Below, piece after piece: positions 18,975 through 28,111 of a stretch of 64,000 nt of DNA. Under the pieces are notes generated by a model, which worked only from the letters and a program-made list of their open reading frames with translations, made no database searches and was not told the DNA's origin. The DNA lies in assembly GCA_964601205.1 (NCBI GenBank), contig CAZRML010000036.1, forward strand, positions 69,985 through 133,984, written 5' to 3'. The translations under genes were made by a program, and so were the position numbers. The stretch's first letter is position 1, and each line of letters opens with the position of its first letter. The stretch comes from an uncultured Actinomycetota bacterium (GTDB lineage Bacteria; Actinomycetota; Humimicrobiia; Humimicrobiales; Humimicrobiaceae).

Positions 18975-20291
18975 TTACTTTTTTGGCATTATTATCTCAA
19001 ATACAGTTTCTTTACCGGGGGCACTGCGGGCATTTATCCTTCCTTTGTGTAACTCAACTGTGTGTTTTACGATAGAAAGTCCCAGACCCGACCCAATCTG
19101 TCTTGAAGACTTTGAACTTTTACCCCTGTAGAATCTCTGAAAAATATAGGGGAGCTCATCTTTATCTATACCTCTGCCATTATCTCTGATTGTAATTAGT
19201 ATATTGCTCCTATCTTCCTTTAAATCCACATTTACCTCTGCCCTCTTTCCCCCATAAAATATAGAATTTTCAATAATATTTCTCACCATCCGGGTAAAAA
19301 GCTCTTCGTCCGTCTGATAATTAATCAAATCGCTACTGCAGTTAAAGCTAATTTTAGTTTCATTTTTTTCCGCCAAAAAATTAAGAGATTTTATAGTCTC
19401 CTCTATTAAATAAACAAGATTATATTCCTTTTCAAACAGGACATTGCGCTTAAATTCTATATTTGAAAGATTTAAAACATCCCTGATTAAAAAATTGAGC
19501 CTTTCTACCTCTTCTAAACTTCTGCCCAGGTAATCTTTTACTTTCTTCCTGTCCATAGATTCATCATTTAAAATTGTATCGATATACCCTCGTATAGAAG
19601 TCAGGGGTGTCCTCATCTCGTGGGATATATTAGCCACAAACTGGCTTCTTAACCTTGAAAATTCTACCTCCTGTGTAATATTTTCAAACAAAATAAGAAG
19701 TTCCTTGCATTTTTCCCCGTATAACCGTGTACCTGAATTAATGGGAATAATTTCCACAAGAAAACTCCTGTCTTCGTCTCCGTAAAAGGTGATTTTCTTA
19801 CTGTAGCGATCAGGCTTATCTAAAACCCTGCCAATTGACTTTTCAAGCTTTTCATTCTTAAAGACAAATGCAGTTTTCCTGCCCAGAACTTCATCCTTTT
19901 TTAAATAAAACGAGTTTAAAATATTTTCATTAATTCTTGAGATTTTCTTACTGCAGTCAATTATTAACGCACCCGGGTCTATACTATTAAGAACCAGATC
20001 TACAAGTTCTGTTTCGCGTTCAATTACTATTTTAGACATTGCCAGTAAATTTTTTGTATCTGCAATTACCGGATTTTTCTGAAGTTCTTCTTCTGTGAAG
20101 TCGGGTAAAGCCTTTTTTCCCCTTAGGTATTTAGTATTAGATTTTAATAACTTATTTATTTCCAGTAACGTATTGTTTTTGTTTTTGAGCTTTATAGCCA
20201 GGAGGGATAAAACTACAGCCAGAAGCACTATTATTAGAATAGAAAAGTATAAAAGAGCCTGTATTAATAACATCTCATTCAAATTGATCAA
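18975..20291 (-). CDS. phoR: sensor histidine kinase PhoR
   Basis: N-terminal TM helix. HisKA H-box (SHEMRTPL). HATPase_c N, G1 and G2 boxes. Confidence 0.85.
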   Translation of the reverse strand: MINLNEMLLIQALLYFSILIIVLLAVVLSLLAIKLKNKNNTLLEINKLLKSNTKYLRGKKALPDFTEEELQKNPVIADTKNLLAMSKIVIERETELVDLVLNSIDPGALIIDCSKKISRINENILNSFYLKKDEVLGRKTAFVFKNEKLEKSIGRVLDKPDRYSKKITFYGDEDRSFLVEIIPINSGTRLYGEKCKELLILFENITQEVEFSRLRSQFVANISHEMRTPLTSIRGYIDTILNDESMDRKKVKDYLGRSLEEVERLNFLIRDVLNLSNIEFKRNVLFEKEYNLVYLIEETIKSLNFLAEKNETKISFNCSSDLINYQTDEELFTRMVRNIIENSIFYGGKRAEVNVDLKEDRSNILITIRDNGRGIDKDELPYIFQRFYRGKSSKSSRQIGSGLGLSIVKHTVELHKGRINARSAPGKETVFEIIMPKK

Positions 20292-20517
20292 TAAACACCA
20301 AAAATTTTATTAAAAAAAATTATAGCATATACATTTTTTTTAAAATACCCTTCAACAATTAATAAAATAATCCGGCATTTATTTGATATCCATTACAGTA
20401 ACAGGCACTCTGGTTTATGATATGCACTGGATTTAAATAAGACTTTATACAGTAAATTTAAAAAAGAATTTATAAAAGTATCTGCTGCAGAATCTGTTTT
20501 TTTACCCGCTAAAAGCC

Positions 20518-20593
20518 TGGTGGCGAGACGCAGAATTGAACTGCGGACACATGGATTTTCAGTCCACTGCTCTACCAACTGAGCTATCTCGCC
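20518..20593 (-). tRNA. tRNA-Phe (GAA)
   Basis: Cloverleaf. Anticodon loop CTGAAAA. Acceptor GGCGAGA/TCTCGCC. CCA encoded. Confidence 0.9.
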
Positions 20594-20609
20594 AGCCAAT
20601 CTATAAAAC

Positions 20610-20686
20610 TGGCGGAGCTGACGGGATTTGAACCCGCGATCTCATGCGTGACAGGCATGTGTCCTAAACCGCTAGACGACAGCTCC
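20610..20686 (-). tRNA. tRNA-Asp (GTC)
   Basis: Anticodon loop CTGTCAC. Acceptor GGAGCTG/CAGCTCC, G73, CCA encoded. Close to the E. coli tRNA-Asp pattern. Confidence 0.9.
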
Positions 20687-20702
20687 GCTTCACTAACAAT
20701 TA

Positions 20703-20778
20703 TGGTGGGCGTTGCAGGGATTGAACCTGCGACCCCCTGCTTGTAAGGCAGGTGCTCTCCCAGCTGAGCTAAACGCCC
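20703..20778 (-). tRNA. tRNA-Val (TAC)
   Basis: Anticodon loop CTTACAA. Acceptor GGGCGTT/AACGCCC, A73, CCA. Confidence 0.9.
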
Positions 20779-20786
20779 ACTCTTCA

Positions 20787-20861
20787 TGGTAGCCTGTAGG
20801 AGAATCGAACTCCTGTTGCAAGGTTGAAAACCTTGTGTCCTAACCCCTAGACGAACAGGCC
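20787..20861 (-). tRNA. tRNA-Glu (TTC)
   Basis: Anticodon loop TTTTCAA. Short D-loop GTCTAGGGGTTAGGAC typical of tRNA-Glu. CCA encoded. Confidence 0.9.
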
Positions 20862-20867
20862 ACTAAA

Positions 20868-20943
20868 TGGTGAGCCGTGAAGGGATCGAACCTTCGACAC
20901 CCGGATTAAAAGTCCGGTGCTCTACCTACTGAGCTAACGGCCC
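20868..20943 (-). tRNA. tRNA-Lys (TTT)
   Basis: Anticodon loop CTTTTAA. Acceptor GGGCCGT/ACGGCTC, A73, CCA. Confidence 0.9.
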
Positions 20944-20970
20944 TGCTAATTAAACACTGCAACAAAACTA

Positions 20971-20994
20971 AAAAACCAGAGCTTCTGGCTTTTT
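20971..20994 (-). terminator. weak intrinsic terminator-like hairpin (CCAGA-GCT-TCTGG flanked by A5/T5), bidirectional
   Basis: 5-bp GC-containing stem with T-runs on both strands. Sits between the ytxH-like gene and the tRNA cluster. Confidence 0.3.
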
Positions 20995-21089
20995 AGTTGA
21001 ATTAGCAAACGTAAAGTCTACTATAGTAAAAACCCATTGTCAACACAGATAACCGGGGTTAGTGAGGATAAATTCTGGTGGACATCCCT

Positions 21090-21389
21090 TCAGTCTCCAT
21101 TCTTAATATTAGAGGATACTTTACCGGCTTTTTCCATACTCTTATTTAGCAACTCCCCACCTATGACCTTCGCTTCAGCAATAGCGAATTTTCCTCTATC
21201 AGCTGCTTCCTTCAACTTTTCGACAACTTTTTTCCTGGTTTTTAACCCTGATTGAGGAGCCAATAATAGCCCCAGTACATATCCCGAAAAAATTGAAACC
21301 AGAACAATTATCAGTATATCAAATAAATCTTTAATACTGGATCTCTTCTCCCGGCTGTCTTCCATATCCCTGCTAACATTACTTTCCAT
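21090..21389 (-). CDS. YtxH-family small stress protein
   Basis: N-terminal TM helix followed by LLAPQSGLKTRKK, the YtxH signature. Confidence 0.6.
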   Translation of the reverse strand: MESNVSRDMEDSREKRSSIKDLFDILIIVLVSIFSGYVLGLLLAPQSGLKTRKKVVEKLKEAADRGKFAIAEAKVIGGELLNKSMEKAGKVSSNIKNGD

Positions 21390-21511
21390 TTATAAAACCC
21401 TCCTCGGGTAAGGTTATTTATTTCTTTATTATAAACTATTTAACACTTATATTGAACATATCAGTATAATTGGAATCAGCAATCAGTGTACACCATAAAA
21501 CATTTAACCCA

Positions 21512-22381
21512 TTAATCCAGCAAAAACCCTATAACCTCCGCCCAGCCCCTGTTCATAATTCCGTCGGCAATATATACATTATCATACTTATTAAGCTCAC
21601 CGGATATATCTTCTTTGCCATCCAGGGCGTTCCTCATTAAAAAACAGTATTTTACTTCACCTGCCATTTTTAAGTCTTCAGTAGAATCCCCCAGGGCTAT
21701 ACAATTATCGGCGCCAAATTTTCTTATTTTTTTATCAAGTTTTATTCCCCCTGATTTATCAACACCTGCCGGTATTAATATATAAATATTCAATTTTTCC
21801 ACATTAAGGTCTACCTTTACAAGTGATGATGAAAATCCATTATTAACCAGAACCAGACCTCCATAACCATTTCTTGCAAGCAAACTATTGGCTTTATCCA
21901 GATCTATTTCTCCAAAAAATACAGCATTATAATTTCTGTACCTGCTCCATTCTATCCTGCTTTCTATCTTACCCGGAAAGCTTTTCTTAAGAAGATCGAT
22001 AATTTTTATTAAATCCCTGCCGCCATCCCCCGTGTCATAAACTGCTCCGCTATCATCAAATGTGGTGTAAACCTTTTCCCCCAGATTATAAATCAGCTCC
22101 GCACCGAGCTCCGCAATATAATTTTTCAATCCCATCACCTGTGCGTTTAACCTTAACTGAAATCCATTCCTTCCCGATGCCAGCACAACGTCTAAGCCCT
22201 TGTGTTCCAGCCTGGCTAGCGATCCCAGCGCATCAAGGTAATAATCATTTTTATAATCTTTAATGAGGCAGCCGCTGCCATTTAACAATGTCCCGTCAAG
22301 GTCAGTGTATATGACTCTTAAATCTTTTAAATTTTCCTTTATCTCATTTTTGTAATCTCTAAAAAATTTATAATCTACCAT
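21512..22381 (-). CDS. HAD-superfamily hydrolase (HAD-IIB/Cof-like)
   Basis: N-terminal DLDGTLL motif I. Downstream Lys and Asp motifs. Confidence 0.65.
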   Translation of the reverse strand: MVDYKFFRDYKNEIKENLKDLRVIYTDLDGTLLNGSGCLIKDYKNDYYLDALGSLARLEHKGLDVVLASGRNGFQLRLNAQVMGLKNYIAELGAELIYNLGEKVYTTFDDSGAVYDTGDGGRDLIKIIDLLKKSFPGKIESRIEWSRYRNYNAVFFGEIDLDKANSLLARNGYGGLVLVNNGFSSSLVKVDLNVEKLNIYILIPAGVDKSGGIKLDKKIRKFGADNCIALGDSTEDLKMAGEVKYCFLMRNALDGKEDISGELNKYDNVYIADGIMNRGWAEVIGFLLD

Positions 22382-22674
22382 GTTTTACTTTCTATCTTTT
22401 TAAATAAATTTTATTTTCTGCCTGCGTTATTCCCTGCTATGTTACACTTGCCCCTATTCTTATATATCCTACATTTTACCGGCTCAAGACCGGGCCCATC
22501 AAAAAAACGGTACTTTAACCAGAGTAATTATAAAGTTATTTTCAGAATTTTCAATTTGATTATTGCCTTTATGTAAAAACCTGTCTTCTATTAATCATAT
22601 TTAAGTATAGGATTTCTGCCATAAAACCCATATTTTTACGAATTTTAAACTGAAGTGTTTATTATCCTGAAGAA

Positions 22675-23799
22675 TCAGTGAAACTCAGAGCGAACTTTTA
22701 TAAAATGCATAACATCGCTTTTTGTTATCATCCCTTTAAACTTATCTCCGGACATTACTATCAGGTGACCGAGATCATTTTTTATCATTTTCTTTATTGC
22801 CTCGGACACTTCCATTGAAACATCCACTTTTTCGTTTTCTGAAATTTTTCTTACCACATCTCCTGCCCTTAAATCAGCCCATTCCTCCCTCGGAATCTCT
22901 TTTACATCATTTATGGAAACAACACCTATAATTTTCCGGGTTTCCCTATCTTCCACAACCGGAAATCTCCCGAACCTGTATTTCATAAAATAATCATCTA
23001 CAAGCTCCTGTAATGTTATATCCCCGGTTACATCTACAACATTCTGATTCATAGCCTCTTCCACTTTTATTCCTTTTATAGACGTTTCAAAAACAGTCTG
23101 GCGATAGCCCGTCTGGGCAGATGATTGCAAAAACCATCCTATAAAAGCAAGCCACATCCCGTTTAAAAAATTACCCGCGAATATAAAAAACACGCCAACA
23201 GCAATTATTGCAAACCCCAGCACCCTTCCTGCTGTTGATGCTATAAACGTTGCCCTTTCCAGGTTTCCGGTTGATTTCCATATAATTGAACGCAGGACTC
23301 TCCCGCCATCCAGCGGGTAACCGGGAAGTAAATTAAAAGCCCCGAGAACCATATTAATAATAGCCAGGTATTTAACCGGCTCCTCAACCAGAGCATAACC
23401 CCTGGTAAAAAACCATATAATGCCAAAAAATATAGCCAGAACAAAACTCGCAACAGGCCCGGCTATGGCCATGATGAACTCGCTAAAGGGGGTATCCGGT
23501 TCTTTTTCTATCTGTGCCATACCCCCGAATAAAAAAAGCGTTATCCTTTCAACTGGTATACCCTTTTTTATAGCAACCAGTGAATGGCTCATCTCATGAA
23601 TTAATACCGAAGCAAAGAAAAGGATTACCGTAATAATAGTAATCAATGCCAGAGTTCCAGCGTTTAACGACGGAAGAACACCGGGGAAATAGAAAAAACC
23701 AAAATAATATGAAAACAATGCGAATATAATAAACCAGCTATAATCCAGCCTTACCTCTATCCCGAAGATTTTAAACAATTTTATCGAAGACTTAAACAT
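22675..23799 (-). CDS. site-2 protease (M50 family) with tandem CBS domains
   Basis: HEMSHSL (HExxH) in a TM helix. LDGG motif. C-terminal CBS pair. Confidence 0.85.
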   Translation of the reverse strand: MFKSSIKLFKIFGIEVRLDYSWFIIFALFSYYFGFFYFPGVLPSLNAGTLALITIITVILFFASVLIHEMSHSLVAIKKGIPVERITLFLFGGMAQIEKEPDTPFSEFIMAIAGPVASFVLAIFFGIIWFFTRGYALVEEPVKYLAIINMVLGAFNLLPGYPLDGGRVLRSIIWKSTGNLERATFIASTAGRVLGFAIIAVGVFFIFAGNFLNGMWLAFIGWFLQSSAQTGYRQTVFETSIKGIKVEEAMNQNVVDVTGDITLQELVDDYFMKYRFGRFPVVEDRETRKIIGVVSINDVKEIPREEWADLRAGDVVRKISENEKVDVSMEVSEAIKKMIKNDLGHLIVMSGDKFKGMITKSDVMHFIKVRSEFH

Positions 23800-24065
23800 T
23801 TATTTATCCACTCCTTAAAATTCAGTCATAAATTTTATACCCTTATGCATTTTATTTTAACAGTGATTTTACACTAAAAACGGGGCCATTTTAATCCTAC
23901 TTCATTATAACCTATTTATATTAAAAAAAAATATCCAGACGCCCGCCACAGTTATTATAATTAAATACTAATTATTGAACCCCGGCAAATATTATCTTTT
24001 TGCGGTATAAACAAATCAATCTTAAAATATGATAAAATAATTACTTAAAAATATAAAATTAAATA

Positions 24066-24770
24066 ATGGAACTTTCTCAAATACTATTATCAGAAATAAA
24101 ATTTGACCTTTCCGCTTTTACACTGGATATAATAATACCCTGCGCTCTGGCATTAATCTTTGGAGGCATAATAGGCTTTCAGAGAGAAAAAGCAGAAAGA
24201 CCGGTGGGGCTCAGAACCCATGCTCTCGTGTGCCTTGGCTCAACAGTTTTTACATTAATCTCATATACTGGATTTTCTTCAATTGATTATGGCACTGTGG
24301 ACCCATCAAGAATAGCAGCAGGCATCGTAACAGGAATCGGCTTTATAGGTGCAGGGGCAATTTTCAGGCAGGGGACCCTGGTAAGAGGAGTAACTACTGC
24401 CGCAAGCATATGGATAGTTTCTTCGGTTGGAATGGCGCTTGGTGTTAAGTTATATTACCTGGCATTGGTAGTGACCATCCTGGGTTTTGTCACTCTAAGC
24501 ATACTGAAATACTTTGAGGACAGATTGATAAATGTACCAAAATATTCGCTTAGGGTAACCACATCCTGCGATTTTACCGGTCTGGATAAGATAATAAATT
24601 TACTGAGAGAAGAGCCCATAGAAATAAAAAGTAAAAAATACAAATCCGATAGTGAAAACCATAAGAAAATTTTTACCATTACTTTTTCCAGTAAAAATAC
24701 TGATACATCTACGATTATAATTAATAAGCTGAGCAAACTAAAAGATATTGAAGAAATAAATATTTATTAA
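24066..24770 (+). CDS. MgtC/SapB family membrane protein
   Basis: N-terminal MgtC TM domain (ALIFGGIIGFQRE) plus C-terminal ACT-like domain. Confidence 0.8.
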   Translation: MELSQILLSEIKFDLSAFTLDIIIPCALALIFGGIIGFQREKAERPVGLRTHALVCLGSTVFTLISYTGFSSIDYGTVDPSRIAAGIVTGIGFIGAGAIFRQGTLVRGVTTAASIWIVSSVGMALGVKLYYLALVVTILGFVTLSILKYFEDRLINVPKYSLRVTTSCDFTGLDKIINLLREEPIEIKSKKYKSDSENHKKIFTITFSSKNTDTSTIIINKLSKLKDIEEINIY

Positions 24771-24786
24771 ACCTTTAACATCAAAT

Positions 24787-25638
24787 TTGCATTATATAAA
24801 TAAAATAAAAAAAATAGTCATAAATATATTGAGGTATCTGAAGAAGCTTTCAGAAAAATATATATCAGATGGCGGAATAATTATGGCTTCGTCAATTTCT
24901 TTTTACTTCCTTTTTTCTATTTTCCCCGTCCTGTTACTGCTTATTTCTCTTTCAGGTCTATTAATAGACACCTTTAATATCCATGCAACAATTCTTGATT
25001 TTATTGAGGAGAGAATTCCAATTATATATAGTTTTACAGAGTCCAATATAACAAAAATAACCGAAAATAGAACCAGCATAGGAATAACCGGCTTTGTATT
25101 TTTAGCAATATCAACTACTTATTTTTTTGATTCCATACAATTTTCCCTTAATAGAATTTATAAAACCAAAACCCAGAGAAAATTCTGGAAACAAAAAATC
25201 TTTGGCTTCATTATAATAACCACGATATTTATAATTGTTTTATTATCTTTTCTTATATCCACGTCTTTCTTTTACCTGGCCAACAAAATAATGGATTTTT
25301 TAAATTTAAATGAATCAATATCATCACTCTTATTTAAGACTATATCCATTTTAATCGGGCTCATTCTCAATTTTGCTATTTTTAGTCTTATTTATTTTTT
25401 TGGAACCAACAGGAAAACCCATTTTAGATATCACATATATAAAGGTTCCCTGTTCGCAGCAATAACATGGGAATTATCCAAGCATATCTTTATTTTTTAC
25501 ATATATAAATTCGTAAATTTTGAACTAACCTACGGCTCAATTGGCTCAATAATCAGCTTCCTCCTCTGGATTTACATATCCAGCCTCATTCTTATTATGG
25601 GAGCTGAAATAAATTCAACGGATTTGGCACAGGGATGA
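24787..25638 (+). CDS. YihY/BrkB family inner-membrane protein
   Basis: Six predicted TM helices. N-terminal SISFYFLFSIFPVLL motif typical of the YihY family. Confidence 0.75.
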   Translation: MHYINKIKKIVINILRYLKKLSEKYISDGGIIMASSISFYFLFSIFPVLLLLISLSGLLIDTFNIHATILDFIEERIPIIYSFTESNITKITENRTSIGITGFVFLAISTTYFFDSIQFSLNRIYKTKTQRKFWKQKIFGFIIITTIFIIVLLSFLISTSFFYLANKIMDFLNLNESISSLLFKTISILIGLILNFAIFSLIYFFGTNRKTHFRYHIYKGSLFAAITWELSKHIFIFYIYKFVNFELTYGSIGSIISFLLWIYISSLILIMGAEINSTDLAQG

Positions 25639-26096
25639 AATTTATTGCAGACATAATGGTTGGAAAACTTGCCAGGTACCTTCGCATGGCCGGTTATGAT
25701 GTTTTATATGATAATAACGCCAGTGATGACCGGATATTAAAAACAGCCCTCAAAACAGACAGGGTGGTACTGACCAGAGATACCCTTATGCTCACCAGAA
25801 AGGAATTTAAAAACGGAACCATAAAATATCTATTTATAAAAAATGATAGCCTCAAAAATCAGCTGGCGCAGGTTAAATCAGAACTTAAAATTCCGCTGAA
25901 ACCGAATTTAATAAGATGTATTGAATGCAATCAGAAACTTATGATAGTAAAAAAAGAAGATGTAAAAGATAAAGTTCCCCCCTATGTGTTTAAAACACAG
26001 AAAAACTTTATGTACTGCAAGAATTGTGAGAAATATTACTGGAGGGGTACCCATTATCAGAATATAAAAAATATCTTTCTGAGCCTGGAGAAATAA
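25635..26096 (+). CDS. Mut7-C RNase-domain (DUF82/PIN-like) protein with C-terminal zinc ribbon
   Basis: MKFIADIMVGKLARYLRMAGYDVLY N-terminal signature. CIEC..CKNC ribbon. Its start overlaps the yihY stop (ATGA). Confidence 0.7.
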   Translation: MKFIADIMVGKLARYLRMAGYDVLYDNNASDDRILKTALKTDRVVLTRDTLMLTRKEFKNGTIKYLFIKNDSLKNQLAQVKSELKIPLKPNLIRCIECNQKLMIVKKEDVKDKVPPYVFKTQKNFMYCKNCEKYYWRGTHYQNIKNIFLSLEK

Positions 26097-26143
26097 TAAA
26101 AATGGTTTTTGAAGGTGAGACACTTGATAAAGAAAAATGTATT

Positions 26144-28108
26144 TTATAAATCCCCGTAATAGCGGTTTTTCTTAAGCTCCGCAAGTTCCGAATTCAATCT
26201 CTCCCACTCATGTATTTTAATATCAAGTTCTTTTTTTTTATCTGCGTATTTTAAAAACGGCAGATCTTTTCTGGAATCTTCATTCTGAACTGTTCCGGCC
26301 TCAAACCGGCTCGCAAGCTCCCCAAGTTCAGTTTCAAGCCGCTCTATTATATTTTCGCACTCCGCAATTTCCCCGGTTATTTTACGTAAATATTTATAAA
26401 ATTCCTTCCTTTCGAGATAAGTATTTTTCCCCGCACCGGATGGTTGCCCTCCTTTTTTACTACCGGTTTGTTTTTGTTTTATTTCAAGCTCGCGGAGAGA
26501 TGCAACTTTTTTCTTTTCAAGAAAATTATTTATGCCCCCCATATATTTTTTTATTTTGTGGTCCTTAAATTCATAAACATTGTCCACCAGGCCATCCATA
26601 AACTCTCTATCATGTGAGGTCAGTATCATTGTGCCGGTAAAATTCTTAAGCGCCTGTTTGAGAATATCTTTGGAGCGCATATCAAGATGGTTGGTCGGCT
26701 CATCAAGCACAAGTAAATTAAACGGTTCCAGCAGCAATTTTACCAGTGCAAGCCTTGACCTTTCCCCACCGGATAAAACTTTTACTTTTTTATCTATATC
26801 ATCACTTCCAAACAGGAAAGCTCCGAGGAGCGCCCTTATCTTAACACCCGCATCAACAGGAGCAACTCTGCTGGTAGTATCAAGAACAGTTATCTCTCCA
26901 TCCATCAGTTCATCCTGATTTTGCGCAAAATAACCAATCTTAACATTATGACCTATTTTGAGCTGACCATTAAAATCCAGGTCGCCAACAAGAATCCGGG
27001 ATAACGTAGTCTTGCCTTCCCCGTTTTTACCAACAAATGCAATCCTTTCGCCCCTTCTTACCCCGAGATCTATGTCTTCAAGAACAGTTTTACCACTGAA
27101 ACTCACTGACAGACCGGAAGCATCAATAACCAGGCTGCCCGAGCGGGGGGCGGCAGGAAACCTGATACGAATAGCCCTGTTGTCATCTTCATCTACACTG
27201 ATGGGCTGAAGTTTTTCAAGGTATTTGATACGGGATTGCACCTGGCGCGCTTTAGTGGCCTTATACCTGAAGCGTTCAATAAATTTCCTGGTCTCTGCAA
27301 TTTGCTTTTGCTGGTTTTTGTAAGTGGCCAGCTGTACAAGCCTCTGTTCTTTTCTCAATATGGTATATTTTGAATAGGGGACTTTATAATCATAAATTTT
27401 ACCCCTCGAAATTTCAATTGTGCGGTCTGTAACATTGTCAAGAAGAGCCCTATCGTGGCTGATGATAACTACCGCTCCCCGGTATTCTGATAGGAACTGC
27501 TCTATCCACTGGATTGAATCAATATCAAGATGGTTTGTCGGTTCATCAAGCAGTAGCAGGTCGGGGCCCCTGAGGAGGATTTTTGCCAGTTCAATTCTCA
27601 TTCTCCATCCACCGCTAAACTCTTTTGTCTGTCTTGATAAATCTTCGGGCTTAAATCCCAGTCCTGTCAGCGTTTTCTCAATTTTCTCATTTATTTTTGC
27701 CCCGCCCAGCATCTCGATCCTCTCATTCATATCAGACAAACTGTTAATTAACTTAAGGTAACCTGCGGAATTGTAATCGGTTCTCTTTTCTACTTCGCGA
27801 TTCAATTCAGTAATTTTTTCTTCCAGCTCTATAACCTTAGAAAATGCAGTTTTCGCTTCATTAAAAAGTGTCCTGCTGTTTATATGTCTCATCTGCTGCG
27901 GAAGGTATCCCGTGGTCAGGCCCGGTGGTCTTTCAATAATTCCTGAATCGGTTGTCTGCAGGCCCAGGATAATTTTTAGCAGAGTCGTTTTACCGGCACC
28001 GTTATTTCCGACGAGTCCTATTTTATCTCCGGGATTTATCTGAAATGAAATATCATCAAGTAATTTACGACCGCCAAAGCTTAAATTTATATGACTAATT
28101 GATATCAC
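26144..28108 (-). CDS. ABC-F family ATPase (EttA/Uup-like translation factor)
   Basis: Two ABC domains (Walker A GNNGAGKTT and GKNGEGKTT, LSGG signatures). Inter-domain linker and C-terminal coiled coil. No TM domain. Confidence 0.85.
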   Translation of the reverse strand: MISISHINLSFGGRKLLDDISFQINPGDKIGLVGNNGAGKTTLLKIILGLQTTDSGIIERPPGLTTGYLPQQMRHINSRTLFNEAKTAFSKVIELEEKITELNREVEKRTDYNSAGYLKLINSLSDMNERIEMLGGAKINEKIEKTLTGLGFKPEDLSRQTKEFSGGWRMRIELAKILLRGPDLLLLDEPTNHLDIDSIQWIEQFLSEYRGAVVIISHDRALLDNVTDRTIEISRGKIYDYKVPYSKYTILRKEQRLVQLATYKNQQKQIAETRKFIERFRYKATKARQVQSRIKYLEKLQPISVDEDDNRAIRIRFPAAPRSGSLVIDASGLSVSFSGKTVLEDIDLGVRRGERIAFVGKNGEGKTTLSRILVGDLDFNGQLKIGHNVKIGYFAQNQDELMDGEITVLDTTSRVAPVDAGVKIRALLGAFLFGSDDIDKKVKVLSGGERSRLALVKLLLEPFNLLVLDEPTNHLDMRSKDILKQALKNFTGTMILTSHDREFMDGLVDNVYEFKDHKIKKYMGGINNFLEKKKVASLRELEIKQKQTGSKKGGQPSGAGKNTYLERKEFYKYLRKITGEIAECENIIERLETELGELASRFEAGTVQNEDSRKDLPFLKYADKKKELDIKIHEWERLNSELAELKKNRYYGDL

Positions 28109-28111
28109 GAT

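Noticed and set aside
20393-20787. Two minus-strand ORFs (68 and 67 aa) across the tRNA cluster
   Set aside because: They are translations of tRNA-Phe, tRNA-Asp and tRNA-Val sequences, not proteins.
22382-22674. Possible terminator hairpins (CCGGCTCAAGACCGG, GGGCCC) after the S2P gene
   Set aside because: Stems of only 4 bp with long loops and no convincing T-tract.
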